A stretch of 64,000 nt of DNA from a virus (IMGVR_UViG_3300035512_000144:9940-73939); one strand, 5' to 3'; counted from the stretch's first letter, positions 46,260 through 56,064 are shown. Numbers and translations are program-made. Notes: generated by a model not told the origin, from the letters alone.

Positions 46260-47981
46260 CTAAAAAAACCTTGACATTACTTTTACTTCTGCAACTTTAT
46301 TTTTCTTTGTCACTCGTACCGCAAAGTTTGAGAATACGTCCGGCACATCATCAAGCTGTTTTCCCGCTGATACTGAATATCCCAAAAGCAGAGACATCAT
46401 AACGCCGTACTGCTCTTTTGGACTGTATAGCGACTGGTCTTTGAAAATAACGTGCTGCAATATCCAGTTTGAACACTGGTATATCCTTGCTTCTTTGTTT
46501 GTCTCTGTCGGCGTGTCAGTTATATTGCATATGTGACCTTTTTCTTCAACACGTTTGTTTACTTCCATTGCAACCCTGTCACCTCCTGCATTCCGCTCAA
46601 AATCGCATTCCTGCATTTCGTGATGGACTATAAGGTTTGCAGAGTTCTCATACTGCTGTTCGTAGTCTGCCGTGTTGTCGCAAACACAATCAACACAATA
46701 ATAATCGTCTCCATACTGATACAAGCAAGGCAAAACAAAGTAGTCTGTTCCTTTTCCCTTTGTATCGCATTGTCCAGTTATGAGGTCTGGTTTCTCACTT
46801 GGCAAATTAAGATACCGTCTGATTTTATCTTCCGGAAACAATAAACCTTCTCGCTCTATTGGTTCCTGCTTGTAAAGACATTTGTATGAAACATCGTCCA
46901 TGAGATGAGCCTGATCCATGAAAAATGACACTGTAAAACCGCCAAACTCATAGTCAAAATTGCTCTCTCCTGTCTGTGGATCTATATCCGGCATTGAAAT
47001 GACCTTAACTCTTGGACTGTTCCCATACATCTTTATCACTCGCCCAATCGTATCTAACGTACTCCACCGCGTTGCATTTAATATTTCCTTGCAAGGCTTA
47101 CCATCACTATCCATTGTCTTTCTTTGCCTTGCGTCTACGGTATATGCGCCCCATAGTTTTTCAAGATAATTCTTGTTCAATGCCTCTTCCAGTTTTCCAA
47201 TCATATCGTCAATGAGTAAGAATTTTGATGCCCTTACCTTTCCGGCATTCTCCGAACCGACTGACGCTGTCTGCAACGATGGAAATGGTTTGTACTTTGA
47301 GATATTAAATTGCTGCATCTTCGCGTTGGTAGATGTTACTTTTAAATCCGGGAAAATATCACTCCAACAATATTCCTGCTCATCGGTCACCATCTGATAT
47401 ACGCCGTCATAATACATTCTTGTAATATCTCCGCTATGCGAATAAAACAAATTGTAATCATTTGGATACCAGCCTATTACCGCAGAATTGAAGAATTTTA
47501 AAAGTGTCGTTTTCCCGGATCCCGGAATCATTGAAACGCAGATTATGTCATATATATCATCAATTGCCCCTTGGTACGCCTCAATAAGCCCAAATTTCGC
47601 AAATTGCTTTCTTTTTGGAGCATAGAATCTTTCACGTGGTTCTCTTTTCTTCTCCAAATACAAGAGATAACTGTCCAGCACCTTGTTTTGTGCCTCCAGC
47701 TTTAAGATGCTGTAATTTGTGTCAAGTATTCCGTACCACGTCTTGTTAGCAAAGGCGTACTTTTCCAAATCCCACAAAGTACCTCCGGTCTGATTTATCA
47801 CAAACTGTTCAATCAGATTTTTCGCCCTTGCCGACACTTTCAGCGCATATTCGATATCTCCCTCTGCGAATGCCACCTGTGTCGCTTGACTGTATGCGTT
47901 CACAGCCTCTTCCACGATACCGTTTTTTTCTATGTAATTTTCATAATCTTTTATGGTGTTTTTCAGCTCGATTGATGCCAT
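46260..47981 (-). CDS. terL: Terminase large subunit
   Basis: SMIPGSGKT, LLIDD, ATRW, YKQEP, CDTKGKGTDY, DDVPD. Confidence 0.9.
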   Translation of the reverse strand: MASIELKNTIKDYENYIEKNGIVEEAVNAYSQATQVAFAEGDIEYALKVSARAKNLIEQFVINQTGGTLWDLEKYAFANKTWYGILDTNYSILKLEAQNKVLDSYLLYLEKKREPRERFYAPKRKQFAKFGLIEAYQGAIDDIYDIICVSMIPGSGKTTLLKFFNSAVIGWYPNDYNLFYSHSGDITRMYYDGVYQMVTDEQEYCWSDIFPDLKVTSTNAKMQQFNISKYKPFPSLQTASVGSENAGKVRASKFLLIDDMIGKLEEALNKNYLEKLWGAYTVDARQRKTMDSDGKPCKEILNATRWSTLDTIGRVIKMYGNSPRVKVISMPDIDPQTGESNFDYEFGGFTVSFFMDQAHLMDDVSYKCLYKQEPIEREGLLFPEDKIRRYLNLPSEKPDLITGQCDTKGKGTDYFVLPCLYQYGDDYYCVDCVCDNTADYEQQYENSANLIVHHEMQECDFERNAGGDRVAMEVNKRVEEKGHICNITDTPTETNKEARIYQCSNWILQHVIFKDQSLYSPKEQYGVMMSLLLGYSVSAGKQLDDVPDVFSNFAVRVTKKNKVAEVKVMSRFF

Positions 47982-48063
47982 AAAGAAAGCAGACGCCCCT
48001 TTCGTAATAAAAAAGAACGCCTGCTTGCGTGTCGCGCATACCTACTTGTATGTGCCGTAGAAT

Positions 48064-48294
48064 TTATAATAATTTCAAAGTTTGATTTACGATTTCACCA
48101 TCTTTAAAAACTGGTCGATATCTATCGTCTAATATATTTTGAGTCAAAGTACAAGAAACTCTGTTTGGTTCATCTTCAAACACATCATGCCGGAAATGAA
48201 AGTCAACCATTGTTCCTGCTTTAACTTTTTCGCCGTTTATGTAAACCTCAGTAACGTTTCCGTCACTCTCTATTCTTACTTTTGGATTTTCCAT
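48064..48294 (-). CDS. Hypothetical protein
   Basis: ORF with RBS. Confidence 0.55.
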   Translation of the reverse strand: MENPKVRIESDGNVTEVYINGEKVKAGTMVDFHFRHDVFEDEPNRVSCTLTQNILDDRYRPVFKDGEIVNQTLKLL

Positions 48295-48314
48295 AAACTA
48301 CCTCACGTTATCTG

Positions 48315-49508
48315 CTATTCACTAGCCTTAAAATTATAAATAGGCTTGATGATTTTTTGAATTTCAACTGTGTCTTTTATGTTCTCCACAATTTCATCAA
48401 TAGGCTTGTACGCCATAGGACTTTCATCAATCGTAGATTGGTTCACAGAGGTTGTGTAAATACCACTCATTGACTTCTCAAATTCTTCAAGCGATATATT
48501 CTCTTGTGCTTTTCTTCTGCTCATTATCCGTCCTGCTCCGTGTGGTGCTGAACAGTTCCAATCCTCGTTACCTTTTCCGACTCCAATAATGCAACCATCT
48601 CGCATATTCATAGGGATTAAAAGTCTTTCTCCCGATCTTGCCGATATTGCACCTTTGCGAACCATATTAGTGTTATGCTCAATGTAGTTATGAATTGTTT
48701 CAAAGTAGGTTACATTCTCCCAATCCATTTTTCTACAAATTGTAGCTGCCATTATTCGCCTGTTCTCAACCGCAAACTCTTGACATATTTTCATATCGTG
48801 CAAATAATCTTCTCTATCACTTCCAGTAAGATAGCACAACTCTTTAGGGATTTTAGGAGTTTCAGCTTTAAACCTCTCTCGCAATTCCTTGATAGCTTTT
48901 GAAATTTCCTTTTGCTTTCCGTTTGCTTTATATTCTGCTATCAGTTTGCTTTCTTCATCATGTATCTTCTTACTTCCTTGCATATTACTAATAGCAAGGT
49001 TTTGATAATATTCGGCTACTTGCTTTCCTAAGTTTCTGCTGCCACTGTGAATTATGAGATACTTGCAGCCGTCCTCGTCAATATCAACCTCTATGAAGTG
49101 GTTTCCCCCGCCTAAAGTGCCTAAGCTGTTCTCTAGCCAAGAAATATTTTTCAATTCATTGTAGCATTTCAACTCTTTCAGCTTTGGAAATTCCTGCACG
49201 CAAGATGTATTCACATTTCTACCGCTAGGAATGTATGCCCTTATCACCTTGTCAAGCACGTCTAAATCTATATCGATATATCCCAACTCAGTTGTGAGCA
49301 TTCCGCAGCCTATGTCAACTCCGACAATGTTAGGTATAACCTTTTCGCCTAAATCTGCCGTAAAGCCAATAACGCAACCTGACCCAGCGTGAACGTCAGG
49401 CATAATTCTTATTTTGCAATCTTTGAATGCCTGCTGTTCAATCAGCGTGTTTATTTGTTCTAACGCTTGTGGTTCTATGTTTTCTGTAAAAATTTTCAAA
49501 TCACTCAT
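48315..49508 (-). CDS. rtcB: RtcB RNA 2',3'-cyclic phosphate/3'-P ligase
   Basis: MPDVHAG.GCVIG, GTLGGGNHFIE, IHSGSR, HNY, SAPHGAGR. Confidence 0.95.
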   Translation of the reverse strand: MSDLKIFTENIEPQALEQINTLIEQQAFKDCKIRIMPDVHAGSGCVIGFTADLGEKVIPNIVGVDIGCGMLTTELGYIDIDLDVLDKVIRAYIPSGRNVNTSCVQEFPKLKELKCYNELKNISWLENSLGTLGGGNHFIEVDIDEDGCKYLIIHSGSRNLGKQVAEYYQNLAISNMQGSKKIHDEESKLIAEYKANGKQKEISKAIKELRERFKAETPKIPKELCYLTGSDREDYLHDMKICQEFAVENRRIMAATICRKMDWENVTYFETIHNYIEHNTNMVRKGAISARSGERLLIPMNMRDGCIIGVGKGNEDWNCSAPHGAGRIMSRRKAQENISLEEFEKSMSGIYTTSVNQSTIDESPMAYKPIDEIVENIKDTVEIQKIIKPIYNFKASE

Positions 49509-49518
49509 TGTCTATCCC

Positions 49519-49662
49519 TCACGCCAACTTTTTCTTCGACACTTCCTTGACAGCAATTCCGTTGGAAGTTTTAACAATCTCTACGTCTTTTCCTTTTGCA
49601 ATCGCGTTACCGATTTTCTCCGCATTGTCGATTATCAAAAGTTTAATTTCTCGGTTGGTCAT
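49519..49662 (-). CDS. Small hypothetical protein
   Basis: MTNREIK..., RBS. Confidence 0.5.
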   Translation of the reverse strand: MTNREIKLLIIDNAEKIGNAIAKGKDVEIVKTSNGIAVKEVSKKKLA

Positions 49663-49928
49663 TCTTCTCTCCCTTTGCACAGACAATTTTTGGAGCAATA
49701 ATGATTTGTTCCAAAACAATTTATTTCCGTAAAATGATGTTTGCACCCTGCGCACCAAACACCCGGATTGTATAATTCTTGACGAGTCATTGAGTCTATC
49801 TTTTCTTTTAACTGTTCAATTCTTTTTTCAAAAAATTTTTTATCATGTTCATAATGTTCAACATCAATTTCATATGACCTAATCAGTTCTTCCAGTTCCT
49901 TTATTTTCTTCCATGGTCTCAAAATCAT
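49659..49928 (-). CDS. Hypothetical protein (coiled coil plus Cys)
   Basis: ORF in operon. Confidence 0.5.
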   Translation of the reverse strand: MILRPWKKIKELEELIRSYEIDVEHYEHDKKFFEKRIEQLKEKIDSMTRQELYNPGVWCAGCKHHFTEINCFGTNHYCSKNCLCKGREE

Positions 49929-50245
49929 AATCCGTGTATCTCCTTAAGTTTCGCATATCTGTCCACAAGCGTGTCAATCGCCACCAAAAGCTGATTGATT
50001 CTGATACAATCCGACTGGTATCTGTCATTCAGCTTTTCAACCTTTTTCTCCAACTCCTCGCATTTCGCCGCAAGTTCCTCAAATGTGTAGTCCTCGGAGA
50101 AATCTTCTTCCGACTGGTGGAAATCTGTCACCGATTCATCAGTCTTGCACAATCCGTTCTTGATTTTCAGTAAATTGTCCTTTACGGCAAGTTCGGAGTT
50201 CAGTTCATAAATTGTTTTTTCAAGTAATTTTATCTTATCTTTCAA
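49925..50245 (-). CDS. Coiled-coil hypothetical protein
   Basis: ORF in operon. Confidence 0.55.
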   Translation of the reverse strand: MKDKIKLLEKTIYELNSELAVKDNLLKIKNGLCKTDESVTDFHQSEEDFSEDYTFEELAAKCEELEKKVEKLNDRYQSDCIRINQLLVAIDTLVDRYAKLKEIHGL

Positions 50246-50352
50246 CGCTTCATTATGGCAACGATAACTTTCATTTTCCTCTTTCAGTTCACCGATACGT
50301 TTGTCAAGTTTTTTTTATAGTCTCTTCAAAATAATCTTCTTTTTTCATTGTT

Positions 50353-50580
50353 TCACTCGCATAACCTTTCACCGCACATTGGGCAATACTCAATTTCTAT
50401 GTAACCGCAAGCCAGATTATATTTATAAAACATAATAGCCGGCTCATCATTCGCATTGACATGAATCTGTGCTCCTGTCGGAGTGCAAATCATACGTCCG
50501 TTTCCAGCTGGATTGACTAGAATAATACGACCTGCTCTTGAACCGTCATTTAAATGATACTTGTTGCAAAAATCACACAT
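50353..50580 (-). CDS. Zn-ribbon protein
   Basis: MCDFC...IEYCPMCGERL. Confidence 0.6.
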   Translation of the reverse strand: MCDFCNKYHLNDGSRAGRIILVNPAGNGRMICTPTGAQIHVNANDEPAIMFYKYNLACGYIEIEYCPMCGERLCE

Positions 50581-50803
50581 CTTTATTCTCCCGAATGAAG
50601 TATAATCCCTCTAAGCTGTTCCCATTGTTCCATACTTCCGCAAACCACTTTCTGAATGTCGGCGTTGATACGCCCAACTTCTTCGCCGCCTGAGTGACTG
50701 ACAACTCACATTTTAAAACCGCGTTATATGCGTCTATGAAATCGTCAATTCCTACTCTCTTGCCCTTGTAATAATTTGGATGCCCTTTTCCGTTCGCTTT
50801 CAT
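50573..50803 (-). CDS. HTH DNA-binding protein
   Basis: SVTQAAKKLGVSTPTFRKW. Confidence 0.7.
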   Translation of the reverse strand: MKANGKGHPNYYKGKRVGIDDFIDAYNAVLKCELSVTQAAKKLGVSTPTFRKWFAEVWNNGNSLEGLYFIRENKDV

Positions 50804-51011
50804 TTGTCATGTCCTCTTCAATTTTCTTGCATATATCATTTATATCAAGAATCCAGTTTGTGAATTTCACAGCAACATACGAAAAAATAATAGTGTTAAA
50901 TATATCACTTACAATCTTACTGTCTAAGGCATTAACAACACAATTAGCAATATTCATCACTAAAAATATTAGAAAAAATACAATCATATGTTTTGCATAA
51001 TACTTTTTCAT
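50745..51011 (-). CDS. Two-TM membrane protein
   Basis: Hydrophobic segments. Confidence 0.5.
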   Translation of the reverse strand: MKKYYAKHMIVFFLIFLVMNIANCVVNALDSKIVSDIFNTIIFSYVAVKFTNWILDINDICKKIEEDMTNESERKRASKLLQGQESRN

Positions 51012-51784
51012 TACTCTCTCCCTGTTATCAGTTCCGAATATGGCAAAGTTTCAATCCATGCACAGAACGTTTTCCACTCGTCAAGTCTGTGGTTCTTCCT
51101 GCTGTTATACATGTTCGCCAACACCTCATAATTCAGCATGACGGTTGACTTTTGGTTGTAGCTTGACGGCAAAAGCTGTATTATCTGCCACCAGTATTTT
51201 TTGTCTTTGGTTTTTAGATATTCTTCTCGGCACGCATTTAAAGATGGTATAATCCATTCTGTAAGAATATCTTTTGGTGAATACAATTTATATCCATCAC
51301 TATCCGGTATAGATATCTCATCTACTTTGAATAAATCCGGATTTTCTATCAAATGCTCATAGCTGAAATCATCAGGCGTAAATTCATTCTCGGTTATGCT
51401 GTGCATTGTGCTACATGAGTTTCTGACAGTGCCAACCTTGTAAGTATCTGCTTCTTTCCACCAATACATAGGTGCTGTTATATCCGCATACACAACTATC
51501 ATGCGCATAAACTTTCTCTCGTCCGAACCTGCCTTGCACAGTTTCTTCATAAGGTCTAAATCATTCTTTCCAACTATGAAATTTGACATATGCAAATCAT
51601 ACTTATTGCACTCCGCATATTCACTATTTTCTCCGTCCACTGTAAAATAAGGGCATAACCCCTTTTGGCAATCATCATCATCGCACTCAAAACTATCTGA
51701 TTTTTCCCAACTGTTCCATGAATTTCTCATGCCTCTTATTGCGTGTTCCCAACCTACAACATCGACTTTCTCAATCTTAATCAT
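51011..51784 (-). CDS. ThyX-like phage protein
   Basis: AIRGMRN.WNSW..SDS, KFMR, APMYWWKE.DTY, NSCSTMH, LLPSSY, R.NHRLDEW. Confidence 0.6.
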   Translation of the reverse strand: MIKIEKVDVVGWEHAIRGMRNSWNSWEKSDSFECDDDDCQKGLCPYFTVDGENSEYAECNKYDLHMSNFIVGKNDLDLMKKLCKAGSDERKFMRMIVVYADITAPMYWWKEADTYKVGTVRNSCSTMHSITENEFTPDDFSYEHLIENPDLFKVDEISIPDSDGYKLYSPKDILTEWIIPSLNACREEYLKTKDKKYWWQIIQLLPSSYNQKSTVMLNYEVLANMYNSRKNHRLDEWKTFCAWIETLPYSELITGRE

Positions 51785-51943
51785 TCAACATATCTCCTTA
51801 TGCGGTTTCCAACAGGAAAGTTTTTTAAATAGCACTTATTATCCGTAACCATCTCGACCTCACGTAACCATGTTGACATTATTTTGTTTTCGACAGGCAA
51901 GTGACCGTTATTGTCCTGTCTAGTCGGTAATGAACCGACCTCA

Positions 51944-52033
51944 TGGAGAAAGGTGGAATCGAACCACCATTGTTTACCGCTTGGGAACAGATTTACAGTC
52001 TGCCGCAACACAACCAGTAGTTGCCTTTTCTCC
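51944..52033 (-). tRNA. tRNA-Tyr (GTA)
   Basis: GGAGAAA acceptor, GCAGA-CTGTAAA-TCTGT anticodon arm, long variable arm, GGTGG-TTCGATT-CCACC T arm. Confidence 0.85.
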
Positions 52034-52488
52034 GTATTAAACCGCCTTTCACGGTCTGCGCTCCGAAAAGTCGCAGGGCTGGGTTCCACACCGTGACTGT
52101 GATTTACTAATTGACCGCACGAACAAATACCATTGTCAGTTACTTTGGGCTTAACTTCCTTGCTCCATACGTGTCAAAAATTTTCGCGCCATGTAAACTA
52201 CCCAGGTACAGACAAGTTCCATGTGACTTGCCGCCTTTAACTTCCGGCGCGTTATCCGGCAATAACCGATTACCAAAATCTCTGATATCCCGAATAAAGT
52301 TTTCTCCCACATCTGCCTTGTGGTAGCCTATGTGGGCTTTCGTTAGGTAGGTAAATAAGGCACCTTCACGCCATGCCAAGCGGATTTTAACGTCTTTTCT
52401 GACAATTCTTATTGGCTTTCATATAGCCATCTGCCGAAATTATCCAGCTAGTATTCACCCCGCGTATGTCGGTGTGGGACAATCTCGA

Positions 52489-52567
52489 TTGACAGTCTGC
52501 GGAATCGAACCGCAATCCTCCGGCACCACTGCCAAAATGCCGTTATGCTCCGTACACCAACTGTCAA
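52489..52567 (-). pseudogene. tRNA-like element with enlarged anticodon loop
   Basis: TTGACAGT/ACTGTCAA acceptor, Gln-like D arm, TGCGG-TTCGATT-CCGCA T arm, CGGCA/TGCCG stem with 12-nt loop. Confidence 0.55.
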
Positions 52568-52600
52568 CAGGAGGTTAAAAGGTGGGAAAGAATCCCAAAC

Positions 52601-52656
52601 AGCCATAGACGGAATCGAACCATCTCACAGGTATTACCACTGTGCCTTGTATGGCT
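52601..52656 (-). pseudogene. D-armless tRNA-like element
   Basis: AGCCATA/TATGGCT acceptor, CACAG/CTGTG stem with 9-nt loop, GATGG-TTCGATT-CCGTC T arm. Confidence 0.5.
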
Positions 52657-52659
52657 AAA

Positions 52660-52851
52660 TTATTCAGCATGTCCTCCTAGATACACATCACAATCACTAT
52701 TCATCTGTATCTCATCTATAAAAACATTTTTATATTTGCAATTATTTTTCCTACGCATAGCAAGCGGTTCACTGTCATATATTCCCAAACAATAAATCTC
52801 TGCTCCATCATCTTGTTCGTATTCGTCCGCAGTAACTATGTACAATTTCAT
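52660..52851 (-). CDS. Hypothetical protein
   Basis: ORF with RBS. Confidence 0.55.
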   Translation of the reverse strand: MKLYIVTADEYEQDDGAEIYCLGIYDSEPLAMRRKNNCKYKNVFIDEIQMNSDCDVYLGGHAE

Positions 52852-52854
52852 GAC

Positions 52855-53046
52855 CTATTCCCCTGTTATCTCGTTATCTGTTTCTGTCTGATTTTCATTT
52901 TCAGAAGGTTCTTTTTCCGAGACATTGTTGTCCGTCTGCTCTGTGTCTATATCTGTTCCGTTTTCCTGCTCCGATGCAAGAACTACAACCAACTCTGTGC
53001 GTGTAAAAGACGGCTGCACATAATAGCTGTCTATCTCTTTGTCCAT
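52855..53046 (-). CDS. Acidic hypothetical protein
   Basis: ORF in operon. Confidence 0.45.
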   Translation of the reverse strand: MDKEIDSYYVQPSFTRTELVVVLASEQENGTDIDTEQTDNNVSEKEPSENENQTETDNEITGE

Positions 53047-53225
53047 TATTTCGCTCCATGATGACTATGTTTTATGAAATAGCAATTATCATCCTGCTCA
53101 ATCGTGTACATCGTTTCGCATTGGCAATCTGCTATTACCAGTTTCCCGGCTCTTGCCAACAGTTCTATTTCATCTGGTGATAAAATATGTTTTCTTCCGC
53201 AGTACGGACATTCAACGGTTATCAT
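53046..53225 (-). CDS. Small Zn-ribbon protein (not in ORF track)
   Basis: MITVECPYCGRKH...DCQCE; GGAGG RBS. Confidence 0.55.
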   Translation of the reverse strand: MITVECPYCGRKHILSPDEIELLARAGKLVIADCQCETMYTIEQDDNCYFIKHSHHGAK

Positions 53226-53230
53226 GTGTT

Positions 53231-53746
53231 CTACCTCCGAAACTCTCTCGCCAATATCTCAAACTGCACAGAATCATGCAGTTTACCATCAATCAGTTTT
53301 GCCACCTGTCTATAATGTCCGCATTCTACACCGCCATGTTTCTTGATAAAGTTTCTATACCCTTTGATTGCAGGATTGTCCATGTAACAACACCATTGCA
53401 TTCTGTTCATGTGGTATTTCTCGAAAATATCGCAAATTGCTTGATACAGATCCTTTGCAAACATTACATTTCCTTTGTCAAAGCTTATCGCTCCAAACCT
53501 ATCCGCTGACATTGCAGACCAATCAACCGCGTATGATATGTAGCCAATAATGTTATCGTTTCCGTCTATAGACACAAAGCAATGCTTTTCGTAGTTGTTG
53601 TCAGGAAGATTGATATCACAATCTCCTGTGCCGCCGTTCCAGTACATATATTCCGTCTTGTACCATGTCTTTGCATTTTCTTCCTGCAATTTTTCGCTGT
53701 ATAACTGCGCTGGTCTTAACATCTCTACCTCCAGTACATCGGTCAT
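53231..53746 (-). CDS. GNAT (RimJ-like) N-acetyltransferase
   Basis: IIGYISY, DNPAIKGY..F..KHGG..G, FEILAREF. Confidence 0.7.
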   Translation of the reverse strand: MTDVLEVEMLRPAQLYSEKLQEENAKTWYKTEYMYWNGGTGDCDINLPDNNYEKHCFVSIDGNDNIIGYISYAVDWSAMSADRFGAISFDKGNVMFAKDLYQAICDIFEKYHMNRMQWCCYMDNPAIKGYRNFIKKHGGVECGHYRQVAKLIDGKLHDSVQFEILAREFRR

Positions 53747-53782
53747 TCTATATAACCATCAGATATTCCCGCATTAGATTGT

Positions 53783-54043
53783 TTATGCGCGTATGCCTCT
53801 TAGGTCTACTCCCTCCATGACTGCCCTTGCCTCCAAAACTGCCATGTATTTTAACATAGCGTCTAACTGCAGCATGTAGGTACTTCTAGGACATGTAGGT
53901 GTGAAACTTAACGTTCCGTTATCCCATTCAATCACCATGTTTTGCAATTTCTTGTACCGTATCTCCAACTGCGCATATTCAGCCTTGAATCTTTGCTTGT
54001 AGTCTGTACTTGTCATCATCGTTGCTGTGTCTTTTAATTCCAT
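53783..54043 (-). CDS. crAss001_48-like small phage protein
   Basis: DYKQRFKAEY.QL..RY.KL...TCP...L..Q...M..Y..VLEARA. Confidence 0.65.
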   Translation of the reverse strand: MELKDTATMMTSTDYKQRFKAEYAQLEIRYKKLQNMVIEWDNGTLSFTPTCPRSTYMLQLDAMLKYMAVLEARAVMEGVDLRGIRA

Positions 54044-54046
54044 TTC

Positions 54047-54220
54047 TTATAATCTCCTTTTTTGTTTTTTCGTTTCCATATCCCTGATAATCAGATTGCG
54101 TAAATATTCAGACATTGAAATTCCTTTCCGTTTTGCTGATTTCTCCAAATATTCCCGCATATCATCATTCATTCGCAACTTTACGGTTGTCTCTTTTGGG
54201 TCATTTGAGTATCTAGGCAT
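54047..54220 (-). CDS. Ribbon-helix-helix protein (not in ORF track)
   Basis: TVKLRMNDDMREYLEKSAKRKGISMSEYLRNLI. Confidence 0.7.
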   Translation of the reverse strand: MPRYSNDPKETTVKLRMNDDMREYLEKSAKRKGISMSEYLRNLIIRDMETKKQKRRL

Positions 54221-54234
54221 ATTATTTTCTCCGT

Positions 54235-54972
54235 TTAATCCTGCATCTGCATCAAAAGCCGGAATGTGTTCTTACCCTTGACTGTCACATATGTCCTCAC
54301 TCCGCTAAATCCGCTGTATGGATTCTTAAAATCTTTCAAAGCAAACAATTCCTGCTTTCTGTACTTCTCGTATGGCTTTATAATCCCATTGCTGTCCTTG
54401 TAGATATATCCCTTTGTCGCAAGCCACCCGACAAATTCATTCTGACTATATCCAAGTTCTTTTGCCGCGTCCCGAAAGTTCGTTAATAGGTTGCTGTCAA
54501 CCAATGAATCAAAATACTCTACTTTTGGCGTGTCGTTCTTGACTTTTTCCTCAAGCCGTATCTTTTCCTCCTGTTCCTCAATCCATCTCTTAGCACGCTC
54601 AACAGGGTCTTCTATCATGTATGAATCCTGTTTCCGCTGTATCTCGTATGAACCAGTCTTGCGCAACGCCGGAAGAACTTCTGACGTAACCCAACGTTTG
54701 AATTTCTTCGCTGTCTTTAACCTACTTCCAAAAATCAAAGAGTATATTCCGGACTCATTTACAATTACCATCTGCTGTGTGTGATTATTTGCATCGGAGA
54801 TACCCGTTAAAGCGGTGTCCTCCTTGTCAACGTTTGTTCTGACTGCCTCATTTACTTTGGAATACCCCAACGCTTTCGCTACATCGTTCCCGACAAACCA
54901 CGGCTCCCCGTCAATAGTCACCGTCCTAATCTCGCCAAACTCTTTGCTGTTGAATATCATTACCTCGTTCAT
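54235..54972 (-). CDS. Second BRO-N / KilA-C antirepressor
   Basis: FNSKEFGEIRT, VNESGIYSLIF, FKRWVTSEVLP, PKVEYFD, VTVKG. Confidence 0.9.
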   Translation of the reverse strand: MNEVMIFNSKEFGEIRTVTIDGEPWFVGNDVAKALGYSKVNEAVRTNVDKEDTALTGISDANNHTQQMVIVNESGIYSLIFGSRLKTAKKFKRWVTSEVLPALRKTGSYEIQRKQDSYMIEDPVERAKRWIEEQEEKIRLEEKVKNDTPKVEYFDSLVDSNLLTNFRDAAKELGYSQNEFVGWLATKGYIYKDSNGIIKPYEKYRKQELFALKDFKNPYSGFSGVRTYVTVKGKNTFRLLMQMQD

Positions 54973-55008
54973 GTCTTGTCCTCCATTTCTCTGAACTTCT
55001 CACATTTG

Positions 55009-55167
55009 CTATTTTCCCATTTCCGCCTGTATCAGACTTCGCATGATGTCCGATACACTCCGTTTCTCCTTAACAGATTTCTCAAACAACCATACCTTCA
55101 TGCCCTCCGTGAGCCTAAGCCTTATGCTTTCTCCTCTTACGTGTAATTCTTCCCTATCTCCGTCCAT
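55009..55167 (-). CDS. Ribbon-helix-helix protein (not in ORF track)
   Basis: SIRLRLTEGMK...RSVSDIMRSLI. Confidence 0.6.
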   Translation of the reverse strand: MDGDREELHVRGESIRLRLTEGMKVWLFEKSVKEKRSVSDIMRSLIQAEMGK

Positions 55168-55389
55168 TTCATTGACCCCTTTTTTATTTTTTAAAATTTT
55201 TTGAATAACCCTCTGTTTACTTATTTGTGGTACAAATAAATATTTTTGTAAATACTTGAGGGACTAAGTTGGGCGTTCCCGGTGATCGTGAAAAACCCCT
55301 CCACCCTGTCCTCTGATCTGCCGCCTTTCTGCCGTTTCAACTATTCGCGAAACAATCGTTTTCCGAATAGTTCTCGAAAAATGCCGTAT

Positions 55390-56064
55390 TTACAGGCTTT
55401 TTGGGCTTTCATAGTCATTCACGCACTCTATTTCTTTGTGCAAATTGACGGAAGAACCATCATTTTGACTCAATCTAGGCAACTGCGACACACTCAAAGC
55501 TGCTTTATTCCCCGGCTCCTTAGATACACCCGGCAGGTTATAGCCATAATGCTTATTTAGCAGGATCGCGATCGCGGTTGGATGCTTCATGGTGGTGAGC
55601 TTTGCGACAAGGCTCTCTTCACGGTAGATATGAAGTTTTTGCCAAATGATAAAACCCGTGCGACTTAATTTCCTTTCATCTCTCCCCCATGAATTTATAG
55701 CGTCCTGCGTTATTCCCGTAAGTAAAGTAAATCCATTAACAGAAACCTCTTTGTCATTTGTCATACAAAGATATATATAATAATCCACCAAATTATTTAC
55801 TTTATCCAAATCATAACTATTACATGTACTTTGGTTTAAATATTTATTATTATTTACATAACCATCTAAAGGTTTATGTAATTTTAATTTATCTGTGCCT
55901 TTAAAAACGTGTTTGTTTATATACATCAGGGCGGCATTCCAGCGACTTTGTGAGTCTTTGGAGAAGTCCTCGATTCCGTACTCTTCGCAGAATTGGGAGA
56001 GGTAAAGCTCTATGTCATTCTCAAATACTTCGACTGTCTGTAAATCTCCTTGTACTCTCTCCAT
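55390..56064 (-). CDS. Putative terminase small subunit
   Basis: SVNGFTLLTGI...INSW, AIAILLNKHYGY; type and position by inference. Confidence 0.55.
   Translation of the reverse strand: MERVQGDLQTVEVFENDIELYLSQFCEEYGIEDFSKDSQSRWNAALMYINKHVFKGTDKLKLHKPLDGYVNNNKYLNQSTCNSYDLDKVNNLVDYYIYLCMTNDKEVSVNGFTLLTGITQDAINSWGRDERKLSRTGFIIWQKLHIYREESLVAKLTTMKHPTAIAILLNKHYGYNLPGVSKEPGNKAALSVSQLPRLSQNDGSSVNLHKEIECVNDYESPKSL

Noticed and set aside
51781-52379. ORFs 51781-52089 and 52140-52379
   Set aside because: They overlap the tRNA and structured region, with no RBS or recognisable motifs
53231-54220. RHH-GNAT (AtaRT-type) toxin-antitoxin pair
   Set aside because: The genes are separated by another ORF and the GNAT looks RimJ-like rather than a tRNA-acetylating toxin
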